Virus record (IMG/VR): IMGVR_UViG_3300025009_000108
Coordinates: 1-61,177 of that record
Reading direction: 5' to 3' (one strand)
Length of the DNA stretch: 61,177 nucleotides
DNA from: a virus
Lineage: Duplodnaviria; Caudoviricetes
A program made the position numbers and the translations under genes. How positions within the stretch are numbered: the stretch's first letter is position 1; the number at the start of each line of letters is the position of its first letter. The notes beneath the pieces were generated by a model. That model made no database searches. It saw nothing but the letters and a program-made list of their open reading frames with translations, and was not told the DNA's origin. Below are positions 47,759 through 56,969 of the stretch, piece after piece.

Positions 47759-48624
47759 CAATCTGAGTCTCCCCATGCGTTCCGAATATATTGTGGCTCC
47801 GAAGACGCTTTTAACGAAAGCCCTATTTGAGCCGTGATCATATTGAGCATGCCCTCGTGGAAGCGCTTGCTTTCGATGATATCCCCAAAAGTGGGATCGT
47901 CCGACTTTGGGATTCTGATAAGGTCAAGAACGGCGAAAGATACCAGCCCTTCATGGTATTCAGCCGGAATATCGGTTATGGCTGATGGGGCCTTCTCGTA
48001 ATCGATCATCACGTCATTGGTAAAATCGCGATCATCGACTATGATCTCATTGCCCCTTGGATACCATTTACGATCATTGTCCTGGCTTGCGTCGGGAAGG
48101 ATAATCCGCTTGATCTCATCCGGCCACAAAGGTATTTTGAAGGCGTACCCTCCAGATGTCCAGGCTGAACTATAACCGGTTCCCTGAAGGGCGTAGGAGT
48201 CGGCGCTGATGTAGCTTATACGGAAGGTTCCATTAGCCTCTGTCGCCCCGCCAACATCGTGTTGCATAATCACATCTCCGTCAGCGAAGCCGTGGTCTGT
48301 TACGCTCATGATGACCAAACCACCGCCGCCGAACGTGATGGGCAGAACATATGGGAATGTGCCGGCTGTAATACCGCTTACCGCTTTGGCTGTTGTGCCA
48401 AGATCCCACAGCTTTTCAACCCGAATGCAATCCGAAGGCTTTGTGAAGGCATGAGTTTCGGATTGCAACGATTTTCTAACGAGAAAATAGCTCGGGTCGG
48501 TCTGCTTGATCTTGATTCCCATGACAGTGACACCCCTGAGCAAAACCGCAGAGATGTCACTGCTGGAAAGGCGCGGGTTTCTACAACCGCGTTGCACGCT
48601 CGCTATCATTTCGGCCTCAAGCAT
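47758..48624 (-). CDS. Head-tail adaptor-like protein with inserted beta domain
   Basis: KPSDCIRV...IPAEYHEGLV; insert HGFADGD...VGGATEANGTF. Confidence 0.7.
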   Translation of the reverse strand: MLEAEMIASVQRGCRNPRLSSSDISAVLLRGVTVMGIKIKQTDPSYFLVRKSLQSETHAFTKPSDCIRVEKLWDLGTTAKAVSGITAGTFPYVLPITFGGGGLVIMSVTDHGFADGDVIMQHDVGGATEANGTFRISYISADSYALQGTGYSSAWTSGGYAFKIPLWPDEIKRIILPDASQDNDRKWYPRGNEIIVDDRDFTNDVMIDYEKAPSAITDIPAEYHEGLVSFAVLDLIRIPKSDDPTFGDIIESKRFHEGMLNMITAQIGLSLKASSEPQYIRNAWGDSD

Positions 48625-48633
48625 TGGGGCCTC

Positions 48634-49881
48634 CTAATATCCGATGATGCGCACCTTAACGCTTGTCATGTTTGAAAGATTGCTCGCGTTCGCGGCCTCA
48701 AGCTGTACAATGCCGGGGATTTCGTAGGGCTGGCCGGCAATATAGCTCAATTTGACATGATCACTATCGGCGTGGTTACTTCCGAAAGTCAATGTGTTGG
48801 CCGTGTTGTTGATCGTCGTTGGCTGCGCAAGAGTAGCTGTAGTGCCTACCGCTCCAGCCGAGCGTATAAGGTTGGCGAACTTGGTAGTTGGCCCGGCAAG
48901 ATCACCGCAGGTCCCGTAAAGCAGCATGTTCGATCCTGCCGCAATACCAGAGGAGGCCGTCACAATATCAGATGACGGCGTAAGGTCATCCTCTTCGATG
49001 AAGCGGTAATTCAGGAATCCGGACCCTGGGTTTTTGATGTAGCTGATATAGACGCTATCGGTTGCCGCATCCAGGGTATCAGTCTGAAGCACGCTTAGGC
49101 TGGTGGTAGAACTTCCAGAATCGGTAAAATCGATGGTGGCTTCAGCCGTGGCGGCAGTCTCGGACTTATAAAGCGCCTTCATGGGTTTGTAGGTGCCGTT
49201 ATCATTCCAAAGCACGGATTGAATCGCAACGGCATACTCGCCAAGGCTAATTACGTCCGGGGTTCCTGCGGTAAAAGCCAGAGATGCGTGCCCCTGGACC
49301 CTTGCACCCGCAGTGACGATGGCAAGAACGTAGTTATCAAAAACTTCTTTCCATGCCTGAGTCACATAGGTCACGTTGCAGGCCGTAACAGAATCGCCGG
49401 CAAGGAAGGTCAGTGTGTTGCGGGTGCCCCAAACAGGCTCAGACACGGAGACCGACCCTGTAACAGGAGTAAGCCCTCCAGGAATGACCTTATACGATGC
49501 ATTTCCTGCGCTGACATACATGATATAGGCAGCCGGGTATTTGAGTGTGCCAACGTTCGTAGACACCGTTACGGGCTCTTCAAACACGATGGGCGGAGCG
49601 TCAGTGAACGCCTTTAGCTTTTTGTTGGTGTAATCGTACTCGAAATTGACCCCGCCAGTTGATTGGGCATCCACCGTATCGATGTTGGTGAATCCCAGAG
49701 TCGCATAATCCAGGCTCTCACCGCCATAGGCATACGATGAATCCCAGGCGATAGTGCATGTGAGCATGCGGCGTGCGCCGAGGTTAGTGAATTTTTTGTT
49801 GCTTACCGTCAATGCGGCGGAGGCCGGGATAGACCAGGCCACAATCATGATGAGGGCAAGCATAAAGCGAATATGCTTCAT
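48634..49881 (-). CDS. Capsid decoration/minor capsid-type protein with signal peptide
   Basis: Signal ending ASA; DSSYAYGGE...YDYTNKKLK and C-terminal EAANASNLS...VRIIG enclosing a large insert. Confidence 0.65.
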   Translation of the reverse strand: MKHIRFMLALIMIVAWSIPASAALTVSNKKFTNLGARRMLTCTIAWDSSYAYGGESLDYATLGFTNIDTVDAQSTGGVNFEYDYTNKKLKAFTDAPPIVFEEPVTVSTNVGTLKYPAAYIMYVSAGNASYKVIPGGLTPVTGSVSVSEPVWGTRNTLTFLAGDSVTACNVTYVTQAWKEVFDNYVLAIVTAGARVQGHASLAFTAGTPDVISLGEYAVAIQSVLWNDNGTYKPMKALYKSETAATAEATIDFTDSGSSTTSLSVLQTDTLDAATDSVYISYIKNPGSGFLNYRFIEEDDLTPSSDIVTASSGIAAGSNMLLYGTCGDLAGPTTKFANLIRSAGAVGTTATLAQPTTINNTANTLTFGSNHADSDHVKLSYIAGQPYEIPGIVQLEAANASNLSNMTSVKVRIIGY

Positions 49882-49897
49882 TTCTCAATCTCCTTGG

Positions 49898-49925
49898 TGA
49901 AAAGGCCCGGTATTCCCGGGCCTTA
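49898..49925 (-). terminator. Terminator after the capsid genes
   Basis: AAGGCCCGG-gaata-CCGGGCCTT followed by TT. Confidence 0.65.
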
Positions 49926-49929
49926 CGTG

Positions 49930-50271
49930 TTAGGATGCTCCGAACAGGTCATCGACAACGAAAGTAATGGTCATCTTGCCGTTACCGGCGCCCGCCATAG
50001 CTGCAACAATGGGAGCTGTTGGACCGACCAGAACCTTTCCGAGTGTCGTTGCGTTAACCACCAGATTATCGATATCACCCTCAACGGCATCGACGGCGAC
50101 CGTAATGGTGCCAATCGTGCTGGTGCCATTGGTCAGGGTGATAACCTTTTCAGCCGTCGCAACGTCCTGAAGGTCCACTACGCAATTGGCATGCGTCACG
50201 CGACCGGGAATCGGGACGGGGATTCTGTATGTATCGGCTGCGCCCCCGATATGATAAGTCAGTGTATACAT
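49930..50271 (-). CDS. Putative capsid decoration protein
   Basis: AAGGAG RBS; small beta-rich gene right after the capsid gene. Confidence 0.6.
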   Translation of the reverse strand: MYTLTYHIGGAADTYRIPVPIPGRVTHANCVVDLQDVATAEKVITLTNGTSTIGTITVAVDAVEGDIDNLVVNATTLGKVLVGPTAPIVAAMAGAGNGKMTITFVVDDLFGAS

Positions 50272-50308
50272 TGGTATCTCCTTGCTGCCCGTACCGGGCA
50301 CTTAAAAG

Positions 50309-51298
50309 TTATACAGTTACGTTGGTCATCTGGCCGCAAGATCTTCGCTCACCGGTACCGATGGCCCCGCCCCACATAACACTACAGGTTTTCACCTGTG
50401 GCTGGTTGTGCGGGCTGACCCACTCCGGCTTGGTGAAATTGTACTCTTTGTGGGGATGCATCTTGAAGTGCTTCAAGTTGAAGCCGTTGACATAGTTCGC
50501 GGTGCATTTATCTTCGGCAACAACTGGGCAGTTCTCACGGAAGTTGACGTGCTCGAAACCAGCCTTGGCCAGTTTAGCGTCATAGTGTCTCTGCTGGGGC
50601 TGAATCTGGGCCTCGAAGGCGTCCTTGAGCTTCGGAGTAGTGACAATCAGATCGATGATCTGTTTGCCGTTGTCCGATCCAACGCGGGTTGCGCGAGAAA
50701 GCAACTGAAGAGTAGAAAAGCCCATCGTCAAAGCGTCTGAACTGGTGAAAGGAGCCCAAATGTTCTGGGAAGCCTCGGTGCCGGCATTCGTGAAGGTGCC
50801 GAGATCAGCGGCGGCAATACGGCCATAAGACGATGAGGCCGCGAACATATCAGGGATTCCATAGAACGGGATTGATCCGGCCGTATTGAGAACGTAGGTA
50901 GCGTAGGCGGTCCACAGAGAATCGCCCATGTAGTCCTTGATCGAAGACTGCATGTTGTCCAGCTTGGTCATCAGCAGATTGACCGCGTTCTCACCGCCGG
51001 AAACCTTCACGTCATCGGTGATGTCCCATGTGGTATTGCCATAGAAATACGCCCAATCGAACTGAGCGGCGTTTGCGATGGCCTTTTTGGTGGTGTTGAA
51101 GATCGTGGTAGGCCCGAATGACCCGCCGTTGGATCTTGCGTAGATCAGGGGATAGCGGACATATTCACCGCTTCCAACGGGCTCCGCGCCTTCAATGAGT
51201 TTGTAATAAAGGATGTTGCCCATAATCCAGTTATTGGCGACGCTGGGAATCCAGACATCATCCGTGAGCGCTTGCTGCTCGCTAAGTGCCAGTGTCAT
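50309..51298 (-). CDS. Major capsid protein
   Basis: 329 aa, follows the scaffold; AQFDW.YFYG, LIVTT, AGFEHVNF pattern; AGGAG RBS. Confidence 0.85.
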   Translation of the reverse strand: MTLALSEQQALTDDVWIPSVANNWIMGNILYYKLIEGAEPVGSGEYVRYPLIYARSNGGSFGPTTIFNTTKKAIANAAQFDWAYFYGNTTWDITDDVKVSGGENAVNLLMTKLDNMQSSIKDYMGDSLWTAYATYVLNTAGSIPFYGIPDMFAASSSYGRIAAADLGTFTNAGTEASQNIWAPFTSSDALTMGFSTLQLLSRATRVGSDNGKQIIDLIVTTPKLKDAFEAQIQPQQRHYDAKLAKAGFEHVNFRENCPVVAEDKCTANYVNGFNLKHFKMHPHKEYNFTKPEWVSPHNQPQVKTCSVMWGGAIGTGERRSCGQMTNVTV

Positions 51299-51310
51299 GA
51301 TTATCTCCTA

Positions 51311-52174
51311 CTAGCCGCCTGTCGTTCTGATCTTTTGCAGGTATTCCGAAGCGGCCTGCCGGCGTTGAGAGGGATTGGTCAAATCGAAGTTCCCCTTCGT
51401 CTGAGTAAATTGACCTCCACCGCCAACCAGAACCTTCGAGGCAGCCGATGTTGATTTTGATAGTTGTAGGCCTTTGTCAAGGCCCGCCTTTTCCGCTGCG
51501 GCGACCTTATCGGCCGCCTCCTTTTTGATCCGTTCGTTCTCTGCCCTGGTCGTTTCGAGCTGGTACATTGTCCAGGCGTGTTCTCCGCCCGTTCTGCTGC
51601 CATCGGCATTGATTGTCAGCCATTTGTCCAGCTTTCCAGAATCATGGGCCTCCTTGTAGCCAGGATTTTCAGACATGAACTTTGCGACGTATCTTTCCGT
51701 CTCTGTCTGCTGCCGAATCTTTCCTACTTCCTGGTTCAGGAGTTGATTGAACTCGTTGCGCATCTTTGCGGATATCTGCTGTTGATTGAGACGTGAAACC
51801 ATTGAAAGGGCTTCTGCCTCATCGATCTTGCCTTCTCTCAGAGAGGTTTGGATTTGTTCCATGGATGGACCCTGCGGTTCGGCTGGTCGTGCCGAACGGA
51901 ATCCTTCCATTTGACCAGAGAGATGGGCGATCTTTTCGTTCAACTGCGATATCAGGCCTGAATTGGTACTTTTGATCCGCTCAAGGTCCGTCACCTGCTT
52001 TTGCAGCGAACCGAGCTGATTGGTAGCCTGCTGATGGGCTGTAACGAGTTCCTCAGGGGTTTTGTAGCCAGCATAATCAGAGGGTGGCGCGCCCTCTTGC
52101 CCGCTGGTACTTTGGTTTGTGGTTTGCGCGCCTTCCGATGCTCCTGTATTAAGGTCGGCTCCGGTGTTTTCCAT
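51311..52174 (-). CDS. Capsid scaffolding protein
   Basis: YAGYKTPEEL motif; coiled coil; upstream of the capsid gene. Confidence 0.75.
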   Translation of the reverse strand: MENTGADLNTGASEGAQTTNQSTSGQEGAPPSDYAGYKTPEELVTAHQQATNQLGSLQKQVTDLERIKSTNSGLISQLNEKIAHLSGQMEGFRSARPAEPQGPSMEQIQTSLREGKIDEAEALSMVSRLNQQQISAKMRNEFNQLLNQEVGKIRQQTETERYVAKFMSENPGYKEAHDSGKLDKWLTINADGSRTGGEHAWTMYQLETTRAENERIKKEAADKVAAAEKAGLDKGLQLSKSTSAASKVLVGGGGQFTQTKGNFDLTNPSQRRQAASEYLQKIRTTGG

Positions 52175-52200
52175 GACTGTTTCCTTTCTTCCAGTTCCGC

Positions 52201-52629
52201 TTATGCGGCTCGGCTGGATACCTCAATTCTCCGCAGTTTGCGGAGGTATTCGTTACCAGCTCGATTCCGTTTTTCTTTCAAAACGGTCGGATCGGGCTTG
52301 GCATAAAGAGCGTCGCCATAGCTTGAAGGCAACGCGGGGTGACTTTCTTTCGGTCTAACATTCGGGTGCGCTTCATAATAGGAGCGAAGATCCTGGACGG
52401 TATGAAGTTTATCGTTTGGTCTATCGGTATTAGTTAGGAATTTTGCTGCATCCCTGACCCAAGGAACACTATCTCCGGTTCGAACTATACCGCCATGCCC
52501 TAAAACGATAACCTTTTTGGACTCATGACCGCATTCAGGGCAATCATGGGCTTTATCACAGTCCTCGACCGTGTTGACGGCATCGAATACATTCCCGCAA
52601 CCAAGGCATTCATAGTCGTAAAGCGGCAT
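52201..52629 (-). CDS. FmdB-family zinc-ribbon protein
   Basis: MPLYDYECLGCG...CPECG. Confidence 0.85.
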   Translation of the reverse strand: MPLYDYECLGCGNVFDAVNTVEDCDKAHDCPECGHESKKVIVLGHGGIVRTGDSVPWVRDAAKFLTNTDRPNDKLHTVQDLRSYYEAHPNVRPKESHPALPSSYGDALYAKPDPTVLKEKRNRAGNEYLRKLRRIEVSSRAA

Positions 52630-52642
52630 ATCGTTCTCCAAA

Positions 52643-52677
52643 TAAAAAAACCCGGCAGGCTATTACCTGTCGGGTTT
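52643..52677 (-). terminator. Intrinsic terminator between the portal and capsid blocks
   Basis: AAACCCGACAGG-taatag-CCTGCCGGGTTT followed by a T-run. Confidence 0.75.
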
Positions 52678-52728
52678 CCAAGACCCTTTTAAGGGTTGGG
52701 TTAAGGCCCTAAAATATGGTCTATGAAG

Positions 52729-52863
52729 CTACATTACCTTCTCCTTGAACAAAACGGACGTTATCCCGCCCTGAGAAATATTGATTTCTAAGCACCCTGT
52801 TCTCTTACATAACATTAGTTGCTTTATGAAATCAATCAATTTCTGCAATTTTTCTAAAACCAT
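52729..52863 (-). CDS. 44-aa DUF2292/YezD-like small protein
   Basis: Translated by hand: ...RTGCLEINISQGGITSV... Confidence 0.55.
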   Translation of the reverse strand: MVLEKLQKLIDFIKQLMLCKRTGCLEINISQGGITSVLFKEKVM

Positions 52864-53079
52864 TTAGTTCCTGCCAACCTTAGGAAGCGTTATGATCCGT
52901 TTCTGGCTCTCTTCCTTATGCTTTGACTTGAGCCTTCCAAGCATCGTACTCATGGCCTGAGTCATGATGTCAGTAAACAACATTGGATTGTCAAGAGGTC
53001 CATTGACCTTCAATTTGCCGTCTTCAAGAACCTCGATGACTATTCTGGCAACAACCTTTTCTTCCTGCAAATTTGACAT
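52864..53079 (-). CDS. Hypothetical protein
   Basis: GGAGG RBS; abuts the portal gene. Confidence 0.7.
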   Translation of the reverse strand: MSNLQEEKVVARIVIEVLEDGKLKVNGPLDNPMLFTDIMTQAMSTMLGRLKSKHKEESQKRIITLPKVGRN

Positions 53080-53080
53080 A

Positions 53081-55228
53081 TTATCCCTCCCCTATTTCAG
53101 ACATACCCTGTTTTGCCGCGTTTATCCCCTCCGAATACCCGCCGGCCTTGTCTTCCGCTGTTTTCATGGTGGTCCCGCCAACATTCTTGACACCATACTG
53201 TTGCTGCATGGCGACCTGGTAGAGTTGTGCAAGGATCTCTGGAGGTACTCCGGCCTGTGCCAGGATCTTAAGCGCTCCAGGCAGTGAATTTTGCTCTGTA
53301 ATCCTCTCAACAATCAGCTTGCTGTTCGGGATTTCAAGGAACGTGAGCAGGCTTTCAAGGTCCATCGCCCCAAGTTTGAACAATTCAACGTATTGCTGGC
53401 GCCTTCCAGCCTTTGTGATCGGCGCCGAACTTCCGCTCTCCACGATGTAGTTGAAATTCGTGAATAGATCAGTTCCACGGAATAGTACCGGTTGGCCCTC
53501 GACCATGACTTGGCGGGAATCAAAATCGAAATTCATATGGAAATGCATCATGGCCTTACCCCGCCACCCTATCAGAGCGTCTATTTGCTGTATTTGAGGA
53601 GTTGTAAGGGTTGATGCTTTATCCTGCAAAGCAACGATGGCTGCTGCTGCGGATATGCCTGTAGGGCGTTGCCCCTGCATAACCGCTGGAGTCTGAGAAA
53701 TATCCTCTATTGAATTAGAAATATACATCATGGCTTCAAGATATTCAGATGGAGGAGAAGGCGGATCAACGTATCTGATAAGATTAGATGTCGCAACAGT
53801 CGGATTGATAACAAGGCCGGCGTCGTTGCTGAACTCTGAATTTTGTACTCCAGACCCTTCAGTGTTGACCAGAATAGGGAACATCTGCCGCTCAAGGGCT
53901 ATCAGATACTTTGTAAGCATCATCTCATGCTTGCCCTGAAGCTCCTCGATCTGCTCTTTTGTGGAAAAACCCCACCATTGAGAAGTGTCAATTCGTGATG
54001 GATTTGCGCTATACGGGAACTGCCCCCACAGTGGGAATGACAGCCTGGCCCTGGCCATAACGAGGGCTTGGGCCTGCTCCTGAGTTACCGGAACAAGCTG
54101 CATAGCTGGCTTTCCAGTTATCGGGTCAACAACCGGATTACCGGACGGATCGACGGCCGGTTGCGGCAAGCCCTGCTCTACAAGGGATTGAATCCTCATC
54201 TCAAGCAGTTTCCAGTTGATATTCGGGTTGATCGAGTCGTCTAGGACTCCCTTGATTTTTTCGTCATTGAGCAGTGCCGGGCATATCGTGATCTTTCGAA
54301 TACCATCTGGGTAGGCGGCGTATTCGTTTACCTCTCCGGTCTGGTATTCCTCCTGCTGCTGAAGTCCGTCTTCTCCCATGATTGGTCTGCCCATGGGGTC
54401 TATTGCTGGCCGGCTCGCCATTACGGGCTCTTTGACTATAGTGTTATCCCGAATCCATATCTCAACCACCATGGTCTTTTGTTTAAGGTTTTCATCACTC
54501 TGCGGACCCGCCACGGCAGAATAGTTGGTTGGGTAATTTCTGAGAGTATCGGAATCCTGCTTTCCTCCACGGGTTGTCTGTCTGATGGTGCCGGCAAGCT
54601 GCTCATCGGCGTCCGGTGGGATGTGGGTCTCTTCTGGAAGTCCGAACATCTGCTTGATCTGCCATGGATGCATGAAATCTACGTCGCACACGTATGGAAT
54701 ATCAAGGTCGCATAGCGTATAACCTGGAGCTGGGAAAAAGTTGAACACGTCCCTGACAATAATCCGGCATCGCTTAGAAAGCTCAGACCATGCGGCCTTT
54801 TCGATTGTCGTTCCGTAAATCTGCATATTCTGAGTGCTGGCCCGAAGCAGGAATTGCTGTTTCGAGTTTTTCCACCAAGTTTTCGCGTCAGAATCAAAAG
54901 CCTGCGTCATGATAGGATCGTCGGCATTGTCGGCAGTCAGTTCCGCAATGGGTATCTTCTCCGTCATCATCGCGCAATATATCTCTACCTGCTTGAAGAT
55001 GTAATTGACGCCTATCCTTGGATAGGTCCTGCGCTTCCTTCGTCCCCTATATTGGGCGTGAAGGTCTATCCAGCGCTGGTGAAGCCCGAGCTTTTCGATC
55101 TTTTCCTTACGGGCCGGTTCCCAAATCTTTTCATTGAAGAATTTACCAATATGCGGAGATCCAGCCGGAGGAAGATTTGATTCGTTGAACTGGCTGATTG
55201 ACTCGTTATCTATGGTGGTCTCAATCAT
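53081..55228 (-). CDS. Portal protein
   Basis: 715 aa between terminase and scaffold; IEDISQTPAVMQG...SAAAAI..LQ; Gln-rich tail (P22-like). Confidence 0.85.
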   Translation of the reverse strand: MIETTIDNESISQFNESNLPPAGSPHIGKFFNEKIWEPARKEKIEKLGLHQRWIDLHAQYRGRRKRRTYPRIGVNYIFKQVEIYCAMMTEKIPIAELTADNADDPIMTQAFDSDAKTWWKNSKQQFLLRASTQNMQIYGTTIEKAAWSELSKRCRIIVRDVFNFFPAPGYTLCDLDIPYVCDVDFMHPWQIKQMFGLPEETHIPPDADEQLAGTIRQTTRGGKQDSDTLRNYPTNYSAVAGPQSDENLKQKTMVVEIWIRDNTIVKEPVMASRPAIDPMGRPIMGEDGLQQQEEYQTGEVNEYAAYPDGIRKITICPALLNDEKIKGVLDDSINPNINWKLLEMRIQSLVEQGLPQPAVDPSGNPVVDPITGKPAMQLVPVTQEQAQALVMARARLSFPLWGQFPYSANPSRIDTSQWWGFSTKEQIEELQGKHEMMLTKYLIALERQMFPILVNTEGSGVQNSEFSNDAGLVINPTVATSNLIRYVDPPSPPSEYLEAMMYISNSIEDISQTPAVMQGQRPTGISAAAAIVALQDKASTLTTPQIQQIDALIGWRGKAMMHFHMNFDFDSRQVMVEGQPVLFRGTDLFTNFNYIVESGSSAPITKAGRRQQYVELFKLGAMDLESLLTFLEIPNSKLIVERITEQNSLPGALKILAQAGVPPEILAQLYQVAMQQQYGVKNVGGTTMKTAEDKAGGYSEGINAAKQGMSEIGEG

Positions 55229-55488
55229 AGGGCCTCTACATTTGAAGTCATTCGATCAACTTCAATCATTTCGATGATCGTAAATGGAACGAAAACGTGC
55301 TCTATGCCCTCTTTTACTATTTTTGCTGAATAAAAACTAAGCAGCGGCCTAAGTAAATATTCTATATACTCAAAAAACTCAACGCTTGCAGACTTTATTT
55401 TTTTGAACTCATTATCCCCAATAGGCCTAACATCACCACAGTAAAAAATAAACCATCGGCTTGGATTTATAGAAGCTTCAAACCCCAT
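55225..55488 (-). CDS. Hypothetical protein, paralog 1
   Basis: Aligns with 55589..55906 (SINP..WFIFYCGDVRP). Confidence 0.75.
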   Translation of the reverse strand: MGFEASINPSRWFIFYCGDVRPIGDNEFKKIKSASVEFFEYIEYLLRPLLSFYSAKIVKEGIEHVFVPFTIIEMIEVDRMTSNVEAL

Positions 55489-55588
55489 ATAGGTTACCCC
55501 TTTTTAGAGCAATTCCGAACATGCTTTTCGTACCACGGTGCTCCGGACTCGCTATGGTAGTCTCTATCATAGAGCCTCTACGATTCGT

Positions 55589-55906
55589 TTAATTGTTGTC
55601 ATATCTATCTTCATAGAGATCCTCGAATGAATTATCAATCTCCGTGTGCTCTCTGGATTCTCGATTTGAATTGGCCAGATCCGCATCAATCATGTCTACA
55701 ATCGTGAATGGAACAAAAACGTGATCTACCCCTTCTCTCAATATTTCTGCTGAATGAAATCTGAGCATTGGAGTAAGTAAGTATTGTATATAATCAAAAA
55801 ATTCATCACTTGCAGCCCTTATTTTTGAAAACTCATTATCCTCCACAGGCCTCACATCGCCACAATAAAAAATAAACCATGATTTTGGATTGATCGATTG
55901 TACCAT
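55589..55906 (-). CDS. Hypothetical protein, paralog 2
   Basis: See paralog 1. Confidence 0.75.
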   Translation of the reverse strand: MVQSINPKSWFIFYCGDVRPVEDNEFSKIRAASDEFFDYIQYLLTPMLRFHSAEILREGVDHVFVPFTIVDMIDADLANSNRESREHTEIDNSFEDLYEDRYDNN

Positions 55907-55911
55907 ATAGG

Positions 55912-56595
55912 TTACCCCTTTTTAGAGCAATTCCGAACATGCTTTTCGTACCACGGCATGCCGGACTCGCTATTTACGTAGCGCTTGCCGCACTTTTCAC
56001 ACACCAGCCATGCCGATGCGTCCGTATCGTTCTTTGCAGGCTCATAATCTGGAGGATCTTCGGGACGGCCTGAACCTTGCTCATCTGAAATGGGCGCATT
56101 GTCTGGAAATGTCGACTTAGCCATTACGTCTATCCATGAATCTATGATCATTTTATTTTTCTTGGCGATCAAATCCATAAACTTTTCATCTGGTCCGTCT
56201 TGCTGATCAAATTCATCTATAATCGATTGACGCTCTTTCCGTGCAATCTCAACGCGGTCAATTATGACCTCTTTGGAATCCACAATGCGCATCACACTAC
56301 CAGGCATGATATGGCCAGGGGGCGCGATGATAGAGATCGACTTGTCAATGGTTTTCTGGCCGGGCACCACAACGCCATGCTCTGTCAACAACCTGCCTGC
56401 CTGAATGAATTGTCCCTCGCATCGTGGGCACATCAAATTGGCGTCCTTGATTCCTGACTGTTGGCGCCATATCGATGCGCGCCAGGCGTCCTTGTGGACC
56501 GGTGAGAACATCGCTCCGGTATAAGGCCCACCCATCACGAATGCATCGGCCGTGTTGAGGATATGATCTTTGCAACTAAGGCAATATATTCTCAT
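55912..56595 (-). CDS. Zn-binding hypothetical protein
   Basis: CLSC, CPRC and C-terminal CEKCGK...H...C. Confidence 0.7.
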   Translation of the reverse strand: MRIYCLSCKDHILNTADAFVMGGPYTGAMFSPVHKDAWRASIWRQQSGIKDANLMCPRCEGQFIQAGRLLTEHGVVVPGQKTIDKSISIIAPPGHIMPGSVMRIVDSKEVIIDRVEIARKERQSIIDEFDQQDGPDEKFMDLIAKKNKMIIDSWIDVMAKSTFPDNAPISDEQGSGRPEDPPDYEPAKNDTDASAWLVCEKCGKRYVNSESGMPWYEKHVRNCSKKG

Positions 56596-56936
56596 TTCTT
56601 ACCTCCTGTGATCCCCTTAAGTATCGATATAGCTTCTTCGGGTTCTTTTGCAAGCCCACCAAGGATACTGCCATCCAATTTCTGGCCTCGAAGTCTTGCC
56701 GCTGCCGGGCTTAGTTCCTCTTCAAACCCATCATCTGAAAACTCGCTTAGGCTGTCCGGAAGGTATCGGGCTGGTTTGCCGCTGCTCTTTTCCCGATTCC
56801 TTACAGGGCTGAAAAACTGACTCGGCATGGTGATCGTCCTTGCCCTGAACACCAGCCACCCGCCCAACAGTGTAGCCAGCAAAACACCAGACATTCCCAC
56901 GCCTACCGCTATTAAGATTTGCCACCACATAATCAT
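56592..56936 (-). CDS. N-terminally membrane-anchored protein
   Basis: WWQILIAVGVGMSGVLLATLLGGWLVF; AGGAGG RBS. Confidence 0.7.
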   Translation of the reverse strand: MIMWWQILIAVGVGMSGVLLATLLGGWLVFRARTITMPSQFFSPVRNREKSSGKPARYLPDSLSEFSDDGFEEELSPAAARLRGQKLDGSILGGLAKEPEEAISILKGITGGKK

Positions 56937-56969
56937 TTCCTCCTATTAGCTAACTGTGTCTATATCATA

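Larger units (their letters stand above)
55210..55973. repeat. Tandem duplication with a 54-bp identical block (55485-55538 = 55903-55956)
   Basis: Direct comparison of the two copies. Confidence 0.9.

Noticed and set aside
55210-55973. Paralog pair as DGR template and variable repeats
   Set aside because: There is no reverse transcriptase in the genome, and the differences are not confined to adenines
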